DNA of 64,000 nt from Candidatus Margulisbacteria bacterium GWF2_35_9. GTDB lineage: Bacteria > Margulisbacteria > Riflemargulisbacteria > GWF2-35-9. Shown in pieces: positions 50,539 to 62,902 of this stretch. Positions within the stretch are counted from its first letter, which is position 1; each line of letters begins with the position of its first letter. A program made the position numbers and the translations under genes. The DNA lies in contig MFRH01000061.1 in NCBI GenBank assembly GCA_001783275.1, forward strand, positions 11,524 through 75,523, given 5' to 3'. A model generated the notes under the pieces. That model was not told the DNA's origin. It did not search any database and was given only the letters and a program-made list of their open reading frames with translations.

Positions 50539-50960
50539 TGTTAGCGAATAATAAAACTAAAATTTTATCAAACGGAAAAATGTTATTAAGACCATTTAAT
50601 ATGAATGATGTAGGTGATATGTATTGTAACTGGTCAAATGAAATGGGCCATGTATTTTTTCCTAAATATTCACTTCATATGAACTGGGAAATAACATTTG
50701 AAAGAATTAGGAATATAATCGATTCATATTTGTCAGAAGATACATATATATGGGCAATTGAATATAGTAATGGAGTTATTGGCTATATCGAAGTTGTTAA
50801 TATATATAATAATGATTCATCATGCTGTATTTATTACTATTTATGTTCTAAAGTTAATGATAAGATTTTTATAAATGAAGCTATAAGTTTAGTAGATAAT
50901 TATTTGCAAAATTCTATTGGTATAAATAATATTAAATACAAAGACATACTTAATACTTAA
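50539..50960 (+). CDS. GNAT family N-acetyltransferase (RimJ/RimL-like)
   Basis: LLRPFNMNDVGDMYCNWSNE-type N-terminus. Start chosen at the ATG with GGAGG SD. Confidence 0.55.
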
Positions 50961-51123
50961 ATTATATAAAGAATTAATTATTAGAAGAAAGTTTTGAAAG
51001 AAAAAGTATGCTTCCAAAAAAATATTCGAATATAACCTCATATACAAGAATAGCACAATTATTTTTATTTTGATAGTTTTAACAAATTTAATTATATAAT
51101 TATTAAAACATATAATTTAGTAA

Positions 51124-54100
51124 ATGTATTGGAAAGGTAAAATAATGAAAAATATATTACCAATCAATTTAAATCCAAAAATCACATCAGAATGTTGGAC
51201 ATATTTAAGATCAGCTATAATAGATGCATATCCACATCTAATTAATTGGTATGTTAATCATCTTGACATTTTATATATCAATGATAATTTTGATGTTAAT
51301 TATGGTGAATATGGAGATAAGTATCAAGTTTTACAACATTATGAATCTGTATTAAATTCTTATACCAGAAATATACTTGATTTAACATATGATAATATAA
51401 TAGATTTTATTATAGAACAAATTAATAATGATAAATATATAATGATTGATTGTGATTTATCAAAATCAATAAATATAAATATTGGGCAGATATTAATTTA
51501 TGGATATGATATGGAAGAACAGATTTTTTATATAGCAGGAATTGGAACTGGATGCTCAACATATCTAATGAAAGTTATAGCCGAAGCATTTCTTGTACGT
51601 AAAGTTATAGATCTTAAAGAGTTAGAAAAAACTATATTTAATAGACAAGTAATTTATCCGATATCTATATTTGAAGTACGCAAGGATTGTAATATTGAGC
51701 CAGATCTTAATTTATTTCTAAATCATTTAAAAAGACAATTATCTCGGATAAAATATGATAAGAATTGTGAAAACTTCAATTCATCTTTTAGGGAAGGGAT
51801 TTGTTCGGTTTATGACGGATTCTTAGAAATGCTTGTTAAAATTAAAAATGGCACTTTTGATGTTACAACAATGATTCATAGTTTTCCGTATAATTTTAAT
51901 AAACTTATTGAATTTCATAATGTATTTAAGTGGCGCTTGGAATATTTAAATAATCTATATTCGTTAAATATAAATAATAATGTATATTCCAAACTAGATT
52001 TAACAATTAAAGAACTCGAAATATGTAAAAGTTTAGCATCTAAATATTTAGAAACAAGAAATAATAATAATATTGATAAAATACAAAATTATTTAATAAG
52101 TATATTACTAAAAGAAGAAAATCTTATATCAAACTTAATACAAAAGATATCAAAAAATATTTTATATGGATTTGAATCTTATTTTTATAATAATTATGAA
52201 ATGAAAATAAATAAAAAAATAAAGAAAATTATCCAATGTCCCATATTATTATATCATCATTTTGTGAATGAAGAAACAGCTAATATGGAAAATAGAACAA
52301 CTGCTATGAAATTCGAAGAAGATATTAGTATACTTATTGAACATGGCTATAAATCTATATCACTTGAAGATTTTTATAAATACGAAATAGGTGTAAAAGA
52401 ATTACCCGAAAAACCATTTATTATTACGATAGATGATGGATATCTTAGTAACTATGAAATAGCTTTTCCGATTTTAAAAAAATATAATGTTTATGCTGAA
52501 ATATTTATTGTTACGGATTTTATCGGTTTAAATACTCATCCGGATTTCCCGAACCTTATACCTCATTTTAGTAATGGACAAGCTATAGAAATGGAACAAA
52601 GCGGATTAATTAAAATACATTCACATGGAAAATGGCATAAACCAAATGCTTATATGAGTTATGAAGAATTTTCAATAAACATCAATGATTCTACGCAATC
52701 AATAAATAATATTAAATTAGATAAGAACTTTGTCTGTTATGCTTATCCTGAAGGAATTTTTAATGATTATACTATAGATATGATTAATAAGGAAGGTTAC
52801 AAATATCAATTAATAAATAAAAATGATTTAACAATTAGTAATTTAAATAAAGGATGTTTAGGAAGGATTTGTGTTAATCATAAATCAGATGTTTATTCAT
52901 TAATAAAAGATTACAATGTTTATATAAACAATTTTATAAATAAATTATATAAATCAGAAACTCTTATTTTAAGCAATGATATATTAAGTAAATACAAAAA
53001 CTTAAGTACTATATTAGATGAATGTCAATTTAAGTATAAAAACAAATATGATTATAATATAAAGTCCATTAAATATGATGGAATAGATATTACATGCAAT
53101 GAAGATGAATTAATAATATATAGTTGTAAAAAAGCGTTAAAGGAAACGCAGTCGGATAATTATGAAATTATTATAGATAAAGATAATAAAATAATAGGCG
53201 ATAACATAAGTGGAGATACTGTTATTCCCCAGGGGGGATATGTTTTATCAAGTAATGGAAGAGCATGCAAAACTTTAAAGTCAATGTATATACCAAATGC
53301 TGATGTATTTATTTGTAAAAGTGAAAATAAAATATTAATTTTAGAAACACCGAAACTAAGAATACATAACACTTTTTTGTCATTTGAAAATATTAAAGAT
53401 AAGTTTGAAATATCTAAGAATAAATATTTTTATTTTAATTATCAAGAAATACAGAATAAAATAGATGAATTACAAATAATAGTAAATGACTGTAAATCAT
53501 CATTAGAAATTAATGAAAACGAAACATCGTTGCAATTATCCAAAGTAATTAATGATCAAATTAAAAACATTGAATATATGCTTATTCCTAATAAAGTTAT
53601 AGAAAACCGTGCTGTATGGTATAGAAGCAATGAAAAAAGTGATATTGCAGTAAGAAAAGTAATTGAAAAAGTATCATCATTAAATATTAATTGTATATAT
53701 TTGGAAACATGGTATGATGGTAAGTTTATAGGATATTCAGATAATCCCCTTATTGAGCATCAAGAGTGGCATAATAGTAATTTTGATGCACTTGAAGCAT
53801 TTTGTCGAATAGGACATGAATATAATATAGAAATTCATGCCTGGGTAGAAAATTTTTTTATAGGCACAGTTGAATCTGCTCTAGTTAATAAAAACAATTT
53901 AATTAATAAGATGGAGGATAGATACCTTTTAGATAAAAATAATAATTATTACAATCAAACTGTATATGGTAAATACGTTTTTCTGAATCCATATGATAAT
54001 TACTGTAGAGATTTTTTATTAGATTTATATAAAGAAATATTATTAAAATATAGTGTTGATGGAATACACCTTGATTATATTCGCTTTCCTGATTTAAATT

Positions 54101-54999
54101 ATGGAAAATATGATTATGGTTATAATAAAGATATAATCCGTGGTTTCCAATATAAATATAATACATATGTTGATGTGCGTTCTCTAAATGAATCTGATGA
54201 GATGCATAAAGAATGGTGCAAATTCAGAGAAGATATAATTAATAGTTTTGTTGAAGAAGTACACAATTTAGTTAAAAGAGTAAATCATAATAAATGGATT
54301 TCATGCGCATGTTATTCTAACGTTGATATTGCACCAAAAACTATTTTTCAAAATTTGTCTGAATGGGTTAAGAATGGTTGGATTGATGAAGCTTTTTCGA
54401 TGTCCTATGCCGAAAATTGTTCATATGTTGAAAAAAGTGCAGATTCGTTTATAAAAATATGTAAAGATAATGTATTTTATTCAATAGGATTAAAAGCATT
54501 TGACGATATTCCTGAATTGGATGTATTAAATCAAATAAAAACTTCTAGAAATAAAAATACAAACGGAATATCTTTATTTGCTTTAAATTATATAGATAAT
54601 TATGAACATATATTAAAAAAAGGAGTATTCAAACAAAAATCTGTTCAAGCATATAAAACAGATAAAATAATTACTGTGGGTATAAATGATATTTTAATAA
54701 AGATATCGAATGCTAATTCATACTTAAATTTATCAGGCACTAATTGTTTAGAAAATATCAGAAATCATTGTTTAGCGTTAATAACTAAAACGGAAATGTT
54801 GGATTTTTCTAAATTCAATAATGATGATAAAGTTACTTATGTTAATGATTGTATTAACGATATTAAATTAATTATCGAAACAATAGATGCATATACAATA
54901 AATAAAACTCTAGAAATATCTTTGAAAGAAGACTTTCTAATTTTGCTTAGCTTATTAAATAAAAATAAGAACAGATTAGTATCAAATATGTCGAAATAA
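51124..54999 (+). CDS. 1291-aa multidomain protein: unknown N-terminal domain + CE4 polysaccharide deacetylase + GHL10/DUF187 glycosyl-hydrolase-like domain
   Basis: PILLYHHF...ITIDDGY (NodB). CIYLETWYDG...IHAWVENFF...DGIHLDYIRFPD (DUF187/GHL10). No signal peptide. Extremely AT-rich. Confidence 0.55.
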   Translation: MYWKGKIMKNILPINLNPKITSECWTYLRSAIIDAYPHLINWYVNHLDILYINDNFDVNYGEYGDKYQVLQHYESVLNSYTRNILDLTYDNIIDFIIEQINNDKYIMIDCDLSKSININIGQILIYGYDMEEQIFYIAGIGTGCSTYLMKVIAEAFLVRKVIDLKELEKTIFNRQVIYPISIFEVRKDCNIEPDLNLFLNHLKRQLSRIKYDKNCENFNSSFREGICSVYDGFLEMLVKIKNGTFDVTTMIHSFPYNFNKLIEFHNVFKWRLEYLNNLYSLNINNNVYSKLDLTIKELEICKSLASKYLETRNNNNIDKIQNYLISILLKEENLISNLIQKISKNILYGFESYFYNNYEMKINKKIKKIIQCPILLYHHFVNEETANMENRTTAMKFEEDISILIEHGYKSISLEDFYKYEIGVKELPEKPFIITIDDGYLSNYEIAFPILKKYNVYAEIFIVTDFIGLNTHPDFPNLIPHFSNGQAIEMEQSGLIKIHSHGKWHKPNAYMSYEEFSININDSTQSINNIKLDKNFVCYAYPEGIFNDYTIDMINKEGYKYQLINKNDLTISNLNKGCLGRICVNHKSDVYSLIKDYNVYINNFINKLYKSETLILSNDILSKYKNLSTILDECQFKYKNKYDYNIKSIKYDGIDITCNEDELIIYSCKKALKETQSDNYEIIIDKDNKIIGDNISGDTVIPQGGYVLSSNGRACKTLKSMYIPNADVFICKSENKILILETPKLRIHNTFLSFENIKDKFEISKNKYFYFNYQEIQNKIDELQIIVNDCKSSLEINENETSLQLSKVINDQIKNIEYMLIPNKVIENRAVWYRSNEKSDIAVRKVIEKVSSLNINCIYLETWYDGKFIGYSDNPLIEHQEWHNSNFDALEAFCRIGHEYNIEIHAWVENFFIGTVESALVNKNNLINKMEDRYLLDKNNNYYNQTVYGKYVFLNPYDNYCRDFLLDLYKEILLKYSVDGIHLDYIRFPDLNYGKYDYGYNKDIIRGFQYKYNTYVDVRSLNESDEMHKEWCKFREDIINSFVEEVHNLVKRVNHNKWISCACYSNVDIAPKTIFQNLSEWVKNGWIDEAFSMSYAENCSYVEKSADSFIKICKDNVFYSIGLKAFDDIPELDVLNQIKTSRNKNTNGISLFALNYIDNYEHILKKGVFKQKSVQAYKTDKIITVGINDILIKISNANSYLNLSGTNCLENIRNHCLALITKTEMLDFSKFNNDDKVTYVNDCINDIKLIIETIDAYTINKTLEISLKEDFLILLSLLNKNKNRLVSNMSK

Positions 55000-55016
55000 A
55001 TATTTATTTGTAATAA

Positions 55017-56972
<1,956 letters not shown>

Positions 56973-57335
56973 TGTATAATAAGTCAGATAAAACACTATA
57001 TAAAATGTGCAATGATAATAAATGTATTGAAGCATCAAGCTGGTTTTTAGGGAAGATCGCATTTTATTTAAAAGAACCTCATAGCAATAAAAATATAAGC
57101 GTTGATAAACATGGATGTACTAATAGAAGTTTCGATTGAAATGATGAAGAAAAATATAATCCCTATCATATAAGTAGTAAATTTCTTCGATTTATTAGAT
57201 AATATGTATATCTCGTTTTAATAAGATCAAGTGTTTTTTTGTACTGATCATTACCCACATTATTGATATTAATCTCTAGTTGTAAAAGGATCTTACAAAA
57301 TATTAAATATCGACGCTAAGGTTAGGTGATGAGAT

Positions 57336-58130
57336 ATGGTTGAACATGAGATGATGGTTAAGACAATCTGTTTTAAAACTTTAAGAGAATTGTTTGGATT
57401 AGATAATGATTTTAATATAATTGCGGGACCATGCGCTATCGAAAGTAAAGAGCAAATGGAATCAGTTGCAAAAATTCTAAAAAAGAATGCGGTTGTTTTT
57501 TTAAGAGGTGGAGCTTATAAACCTAGAACCTCACCCTATGATTTTCAAGGGTTAGGGTTGGATGGCTTAAAGATTCTTGATGATGTTAGAAAGTGTTATA
57601 ATTTACTCACAGTAACAGAGATCTTAGATCCTAGAGATGTTGAACTTGGAATGCGATACACGGATATCATTCAAATTGGTTCAAGAAATATGCAGAATTA
57701 TTCTTTATTGAAGGAGGTGGGAAAATCAAATCATCCAGTATTGTTGAAGAGAGGTATGATGGCAACACTACAAGAATTTTTATATGCAGCGGAATATTTA
57801 GCATATGAGGGCAATGAAAGAATTATCTTATGTGAAAGAGGAATTCGGACATTTGAAAATGGAATAAGAAATATGTTGGATATAGCTGGTATTGCTACAA
57901 TAAAAAATGAAACATCGCTCTCTGTTATTGCCGATTTAAGTCATTCATTGGGGCGAAAAGATATTATCAAATTAGTTGCAAAATGTTTGGTGCCATTATG
58001 TAATGGTATTATGGTCGAAATTCATCCAGATCCGAAAAATGCATTAAGCGATTCACAACAACAATTAAATTTCGATGAATTTACGGATGTAGTAAATGTC
58101 ATTCAAATGGTTTTAGATAGAAATAAATGA
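57336..58130 (+). CDS. 3-deoxy-7-phosphoheptulonate (DAHP) synthase, short unextended class I-beta form (264 aa)
   Basis: IIAGPCAIES...FLRGGAYKPRTSPYDFQG...KRG. 16-nt gap to the next gene and a shared operon structure. Confidence 0.75.
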   Translation: MVEHEMMVKTICFKTLRELFGLDNDFNIIAGPCAIESKEQMESVAKILKKNAVVFLRGGAYKPRTSPYDFQGLGLDGLKILDDVRKCYNLLTVTEILDPRDVELGMRYTDIIQIGSRNMQNYSLLKEVGKSNHPVLLKRGMMATLQEFLYAAEYLAYEGNERIILCERGIRTFENGIRNMLDIAGIATIKNETSLSVIADLSHSLGRKDIIKLVAKCLVPLCNGIMVEIHPDPKNALSDSQQQLNFDEFTDVVNVIQMVLDRNK

Positions 58131-58146
58131 TAAAGGAGTAATTACA

Positions 58147-59067
58147 TTGTATAATTTTTCAAGTAAACCTTTTATTCTCTGCAAATTAACAAACGCTTGT
58201 AACCAAAAATGTATTCATTGCTATACGGACGCTTGCGCAGGCGGAATTACTCAGTTGAAATCTGAACAAGTTATCGACTTACTAGAGGATATTGAAAAAA
58301 TTAATAAGGATTCTGTTGTCAGCTTTATTGGAGGAGAAGCAACGGTTTGGAAGGATTTTTTTGAGGTGATATCTATTCCCAAATATAAAAGTTCTTTATA
58401 TCTCAAAGTAAATACAAACGGCACGGCATTGAAAGAACAGTCATATGATAAATTTGCTGACTCGTCACTATTTGAAACAAGAATTAGTTTGGATTATTAT
58501 TACAATTCAAAGCATGATTATTTTCGTGGGAATGGGACATTTGACAAGGCTGTCAATACTATAAAAGAATTAAAAAAAAGGGGATTAACCGTAACAACAG
58601 GAACTGTAATTAGCCGATTAAACTTTAAAGAAATAAATGAAATAATACAATATTTCCTCAAGCTTGGAATAGAAGTAATGCATTTCTTTCCTTTTTTGCC
58701 ACAGGGCCGTGGAAAAGAATTTATAGAGTTTACACTAAGCGATGATGAAAACACATGGGTTAAAAACGAGATAAAAAAATATCAGAAAAAGCCAGTATGT
58801 ACAGTACCTTGTGATACAGGGACATGTTATTTTAGCGTCACTTTTGATGGAAAGTGTTATTTACATTTCCCGGATAATTCAGAAGAAAAGAAAATTATCG
58901 GTTCCCTGAATGAGAAAAGGTTTTTAGACATTTACCAAGAGGTTTATTCACCCAACGATTATAATATAGTGGATTGCAGTCAATGTGCCTATTATAAAGA
59001 TCCGATCATGTGCAAAAATATGCATACATTTTGTATCGCTGATTTGGACCTTAGAGAGGGATATTAA
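58147..59067 (+). CDS. radical SAM/SPASM domain protein 1
   Basis: CNQKCIHC cluster motif plus C-terminal Cys-rich SPASM. TTG start with AAAGGAG SD. Confidence 0.8.
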   Translation: MYNFSSKPFILCKLTNACNQKCIHCYTDACAGGITQLKSEQVIDLLEDIEKINKDSVVSFIGGEATVWKDFFEVISIPKYKSSLYLKVNTNGTALKEQSYDKFADSSLFETRISLDYYYNSKHDYFRGNGTFDKAVNTIKELKKRGLTVTTGTVISRLNFKEINEIIQYFLKLGIEVMHFFPFLPQGRGKEFIEFTLSDDENTWVKNEIKKYQKKPVCTVPCDTGTCYFSVTFDGKCYLHFPDNSEEKKIIGSLNEKRFLDIYQEVYSPNDYNIVDCSQCAYYKDPIMCKNMHTFCIADLDLREGY

Positions 59068-59957
59068 TGCGTTGTTTTTTATCTTTAACCAATAGGTGCA
59101 ATAAACAATGCGAATATTGTTATTATCATGTAGGAGTTTTAGAAGCATCCAATTGTGAGCCATCACTTGATGAGATTAAAAAATGCTTGGATTTTTTACA
59201 TAAAATGAAATGCGATAGCGTTTCACTGACTGGCGGTGAGCCATTAGTTAGGAAGGACATAGTAGATATTATTAGTTATTCCCATAAAAAAGAGTTAAAG
59301 ATTACTCTCGTTACCAATGGAATGGCACTTGCACAATTTCTTAGTGATAAAGATATGCTTAATCAGATATCTTGTTTCGCTATTTCTTTGCATATCGATC
59401 AACATACTGATATTAATTCCTATTTTCAATATATGAACTCATTAATTAAAGAACTAAAAAAATTTCCGGGTCGTATACGATTAAATTTTACGCTCACAGG
59501 ATTCAACTATCATTATTTTGAGAAATGTATAGATTTTTGTGATAATTTAAACGTTAACTTTAATGTACAACCGGTTGTTCTAGATGAAAATCGAACCGGT
59601 AATAGTGTTCATTCCTTGAAAAACATTAAAAATGAAGAGTTGGAATATTTACAAATGTTGATATTGAAATGGGGAAAAAGCAGTAGTAATGAAAACTATT
59701 CAAAAAAACTTATAACTTATTTGGCAGGGCAACCGATTCAATATGATAAATGTCTGGCAGGAGTTAATTTTTTTGTTATACATCAGGATCTTACGTTACT
59801 ACCTTGTTTTTATAGGCAAGATGCTTCGGTTGGAAGCCTGTTAGACAAAAACTCCAATATTAATATCATTGATTTGTCAAAGAGGTTTAATAATGTATGT
59901 AAAAACTGTCAAGGCCCCCATTGTATAACCCTATGTGAGTTCGGAAAATATTTATAA
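59067..59957 (+). CDS. radical SAM/SPASM domain protein 2
   Basis: CNKQCEYC. C-terminal CKNCQGPHC. taATG overlap with the upstream gene. Confidence 0.8.
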   Translation: MRCFLSLTNRCNKQCEYCYYHVGVLEASNCEPSLDEIKKCLDFLHKMKCDSVSLTGGEPLVRKDIVDIISYSHKKELKITLVTNGMALAQFLSDKDMLNQISCFAISLHIDQHTDINSYFQYMNSLIKELKKFPGRIRLNFTLTGFNYHYFEKCIDFCDNLNVNFNVQPVVLDENRTGNSVHSLKNIKNEELEYLQMLILKWGKSSSNENYSKKLITYLAGQPIQYDKCLAGVNFFVIHQDLTLLPCFYRQDASVGSLLDKNSNINIIDLSKRFNNVCKNCQGPHCITLCEFGKYL

Positions 59958-59993
59958 TTCTTACATTTTACAAGGAAGGATGATGAAACTATT

Positions 59994-60923
59994 ATGACTA
60001 TGCCATTCGTTCAGTTTTATACGACACAAAAGTGCAATATGAGGTGCAACCATTGTTATTTGGCCAGTTTAAGATCAAAAGGTGTTATCAGTTATAAAAA
60101 TGAATTAACGTTACAAGAGACAATTGATGCTTTCCAAAAGTTAAGAAATATGGGGTTTTCAATGGTGAGTTTCGGGGGAGCTGAGCCAACTGAAAAGGAA
60201 GAATTTGGCGAAATTGCATTATCTTTGCATAATCAAGGGTATACTTTGAAAATTCATACAAATGGAACAAACATAAATGATGAGTCTGCTTTAATATACA
60301 AACAGTGTGAATTTTTTGAAGTGCGTATTAGTTTAGATGGTTCGAATGAAGAAGTAAACGATTTCATTCGGGGAGATTCTACATATAAGAAAATAATAAA
60401 AGGGATAAAAAAAGGCATTGAATATGGATTACCTATTACTATAGCTGTCACAATCAGCAAATATAATGTTGACGACTTGCCTAATATTATCGATTTAGCA
60501 AAAGAACTTGATGTTAAAGCAGTGCATTCCTATTTGTTGATTGATAAAGGACGGGGCATAGACTTAACTGACTATTTGCCGGATGATAACGATAAGAGGA
60601 AAGCTAAAAAGATTTTTCAGGATAAAGCCAATCAATATCATGGTATTGCTAAGATAGCTAATGATAATTTACCCTGTGCTGCTGGTGCGTGCTATCTGGA
60701 ATTAAAGCAGGATGGCAGTATAAATCTTTATGAAGATTCCCATGCTTACTTCAGTGTGGGAGTTTCAACAATTGGCAATATTTTTGATCAAGACATTGAA
60801 ACAAAAATAAAAGACGCACTGGTAAACAAAAAGATACCAGATTGTAATAATTGTAAATATTATGGAAACTCCTTATGCCCTGAATTGGATAATTATTGTT
60901 TTGCAGATATTAAATTTTTTTGA
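59994..60923 (+). CDS. radical SAM/SPASM domain protein 3
   Basis: CNMRCNHC. C-terminal CNNCKYYGNSLC. Confidence 0.8.
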   Translation: MTMPFVQFYTTQKCNMRCNHCYLASLRSKGVISYKNELTLQETIDAFQKLRNMGFSMVSFGGAEPTEKEEFGEIALSLHNQGYTLKIHTNGTNINDESALIYKQCEFFEVRISLDGSNEEVNDFIRGDSTYKKIIKGIKKGIEYGLPITIAVTISKYNVDDLPNIIDLAKELDVKAVHSYLLIDKGRGIDLTDYLPDDNDKRKAKKIFQDKANQYHGIAKIANDNLPCAAGACYLELKQDGSINLYEDSHAYFSVGVSTIGNIFDQDIETKIKDALVNKKIPDCNNCKYYGNSLCPELDNYCFADIKFF

Positions 60924-60934
60924 GGAGATATTAA

Positions 60935-61942
60935 ATGTGTTCTTCTAATACGTTAAATAGATTATATTTGTCGATTACCGATGACTGCAACTTATCTTGT
61001 AAACATTGCTTTCGTGGAAGTAATCACAACGATCAAAAGGATCTAAAAACAGATGAGATCAAGAAGATTATTGGAAACGTACGGGATAGCGTCCTCTCAA
61101 AGCAAATAAGTCTGACGGGTGGAGAACCGTTTATGCGAGATGATATTATTGAAATATTAGAATATGCTTATTCGTGTAATGTAAATGTTGACCTTAGTAC
61201 TAACGGTTTACTACTTAATAATGATATTTTAGAAAAACTTGTAAAATTTGACAATATCTTTTATATGCAGATAAGTGTGGATGGTATCACAAAACCAAGT
61301 TATGAATTTATCCGTGGAGCGAATACATACGAACGTTTGATAAAAGTTTTAAGTGAACTTCATTCTTCGGAGTTTCTCAAACAAATCGATCTTATGATGA
61401 TTTTTCTTGTTACTCCTCAAAACATACCTGAGATTGTAAATATACCTGAGTTTGCTAATCAATATGGTTTCGATAAAGTAGTATTAGGAGAAATACTTCC
61501 ATTTGGAAACGGCAATGAGAATTATCAGCAATTGGATATATCACCATATATGGAAACTATCTACGAAAATATCAGGATTGCTAGGGAAAAAAGTAAAATA
61601 CCGATTTTAGATCAATTTCATTTTAGCTTTTTATATACAGGCGAAAATGAAATAACTCCCTGTACTGCAAAACAAGGAAAAATAATGGTTATTGAGCCAA
61701 ATGGAAACATTTTAGCTTGCCCTTATGAACCTAAGCTTTCGTTTGGAAATATCAGAGATTACGATTTTGATATTCGTTCTGCATATCAAGATATTCGAAA
61801 AAAATCTGTTACATATTTTCAAGTCGTTCCGTCATCTTCTAATAAATGTATTTATTATAACGAATGTCAGGGAGGTTGTCCGATACTGGCTATAAAAAAT
61901 AAAGGAGAATGTGATTCAAGATGCAAAAAAATGAAAGCTTAA
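60935..61942 (+). CDS. radical SAM/SPASM domain protein 4
   Basis: CNLSCKHC. C-terminal CQGGCPILA. Confidence 0.8.
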   Translation: MCSSNTLNRLYLSITDDCNLSCKHCFRGSNHNDQKDLKTDEIKKIIGNVRDSVLSKQISLTGGEPFMRDDIIEILEYAYSCNVNVDLSTNGLLLNNDILEKLVKFDNIFYMQISVDGITKPSYEFIRGANTYERLIKVLSELHSSEFLKQIDLMMIFLVTPQNIPEIVNIPEFANQYGFDKVVLGEILPFGNGNENYQQLDISPYMETIYENIRIAREKSKIPILDQFHFSFLYTGENEITPCTAKQGKIMVIEPNGNILACPYEPKLSFGNIRDYDFDIRSAYQDIRKKSVTYFQVVPSSSNKCIYYNECQGGCPILAIKNKGECDSRCKKMKA

Positions 61943-62190
61943 GGTTAAATCCAAATATAACGATTCTTGACAGAAAAAAAAGAATTGATATTGCTGTTAA
62001 AGGAGGAGAAAGTATTACATTAAACAATATAGCTGCAGAAAGTTTTCGATATATTCAAGCAGGGAAAGGACCCGATGAAATAGTTAAGATTATTTTAAAT
62101 GAGTACGATGTCGATCGACAAATAGTTGAAGAAGATACCGATGAATTAATTGATATGCTAAAAAAATATGGAGTTATTATAGATGAATAA
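61921..62190 (+). CDS. PqqD family protein (RRE-like)
   Basis: LNNIAAESFRYIQAGKGPDEIVKIILNEYDVDRQIVEEDTDELIDMLKKYGVI is a typical PqqD pattern. Overlaps both neighbours. Confidence 0.65.
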   Translation: MQKNESLRLNPNITILDRKKRIDIAVKGGESITLNNIAAESFRYIQAGKGPDEIVKIILNEYDVDRQIVEEDTDELIDMLKKYGVIIDE

Positions 62191-62902
62191 AAAAATTAAA
62201 CTGGCGGAATGGAATTCCATCATGTATCAAGATGAGAAAAATATAGAATCTGTTTTTCTTCCGGTGGGTTCATTTGAACAACATGGTCCGCATGGACCAT
62301 ATGGAACAGATTCATATATTGCAGAATACATAACACGTCTTTTATCAGAGAAGACGGGCATTCCTCACCTGCCATGTGTAAATTTTGGATGCAGCGATAT
62401 ACATAAAGAGTATAGAGGAACAATCTCCATCAATAAAAATTCTTATATTTCTTTTCTATCAGATATTTTCGCTTCCCTTTTAGACGGTAATTATAAAAAT
62501 ATTTTTGTTGTAAATGGGCATGGTGGTAATATTCAATGCTTAAATAGTTTAGCTGACCGTTTTAAGAATAAACTGAAAATTATAATAATTAATTGGTGGA
62601 TTATAGGAAGAGAATTTGAAGATTTTAAATATGAAGAGAGGCATCATGCTGGAGCAGAAGAGATGTCAGTTTTAATGAGCTTATCGGAAAAGGTCGTTTA
62701 TAAGGAAAATTTAGTTGATACCCCCGTTTCAGATTATAATCCATATCAAGTATCAAAAATATCTCAATTAACAACAACTGGTAGCATTGGCACTACAACT
62801 ACAGCTTCTGCTATTCGAGGCTCTGATTATCTGTTTAAATTGTTAGAAAAAATTATAGGGAAATATAATTTGGGGGTTCATAATGCAAATATATCCTGTT
62901 GA
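62183..62902 (+). CDS. creatininase-family amidohydrolase (MftE-like peptidase candidate)
   Basis: EQHGPHGPYGTDS, GHGGN and HAGAEE motifs of PF02633. Confidence 0.75.
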   Translation: MNKKIKLAEWNSIMYQDEKNIESVFLPVGSFEQHGPHGPYGTDSYIAEYITRLLSEKTGIPHLPCVNFGCSDIHKEYRGTISINKNSYISFLSDIFASLLDGNYKNIFVVNGHGGNIQCLNSLADRFKNKLKIIIINWWIIGREFEDFKYEERHHAGAEEMSVLMSLSEKVVYKENLVDTPVSDYNPYQVSKISQLTTTGSIGTTTTASAIRGSDYLFKLLEKIIGKYNLGVHNANISC

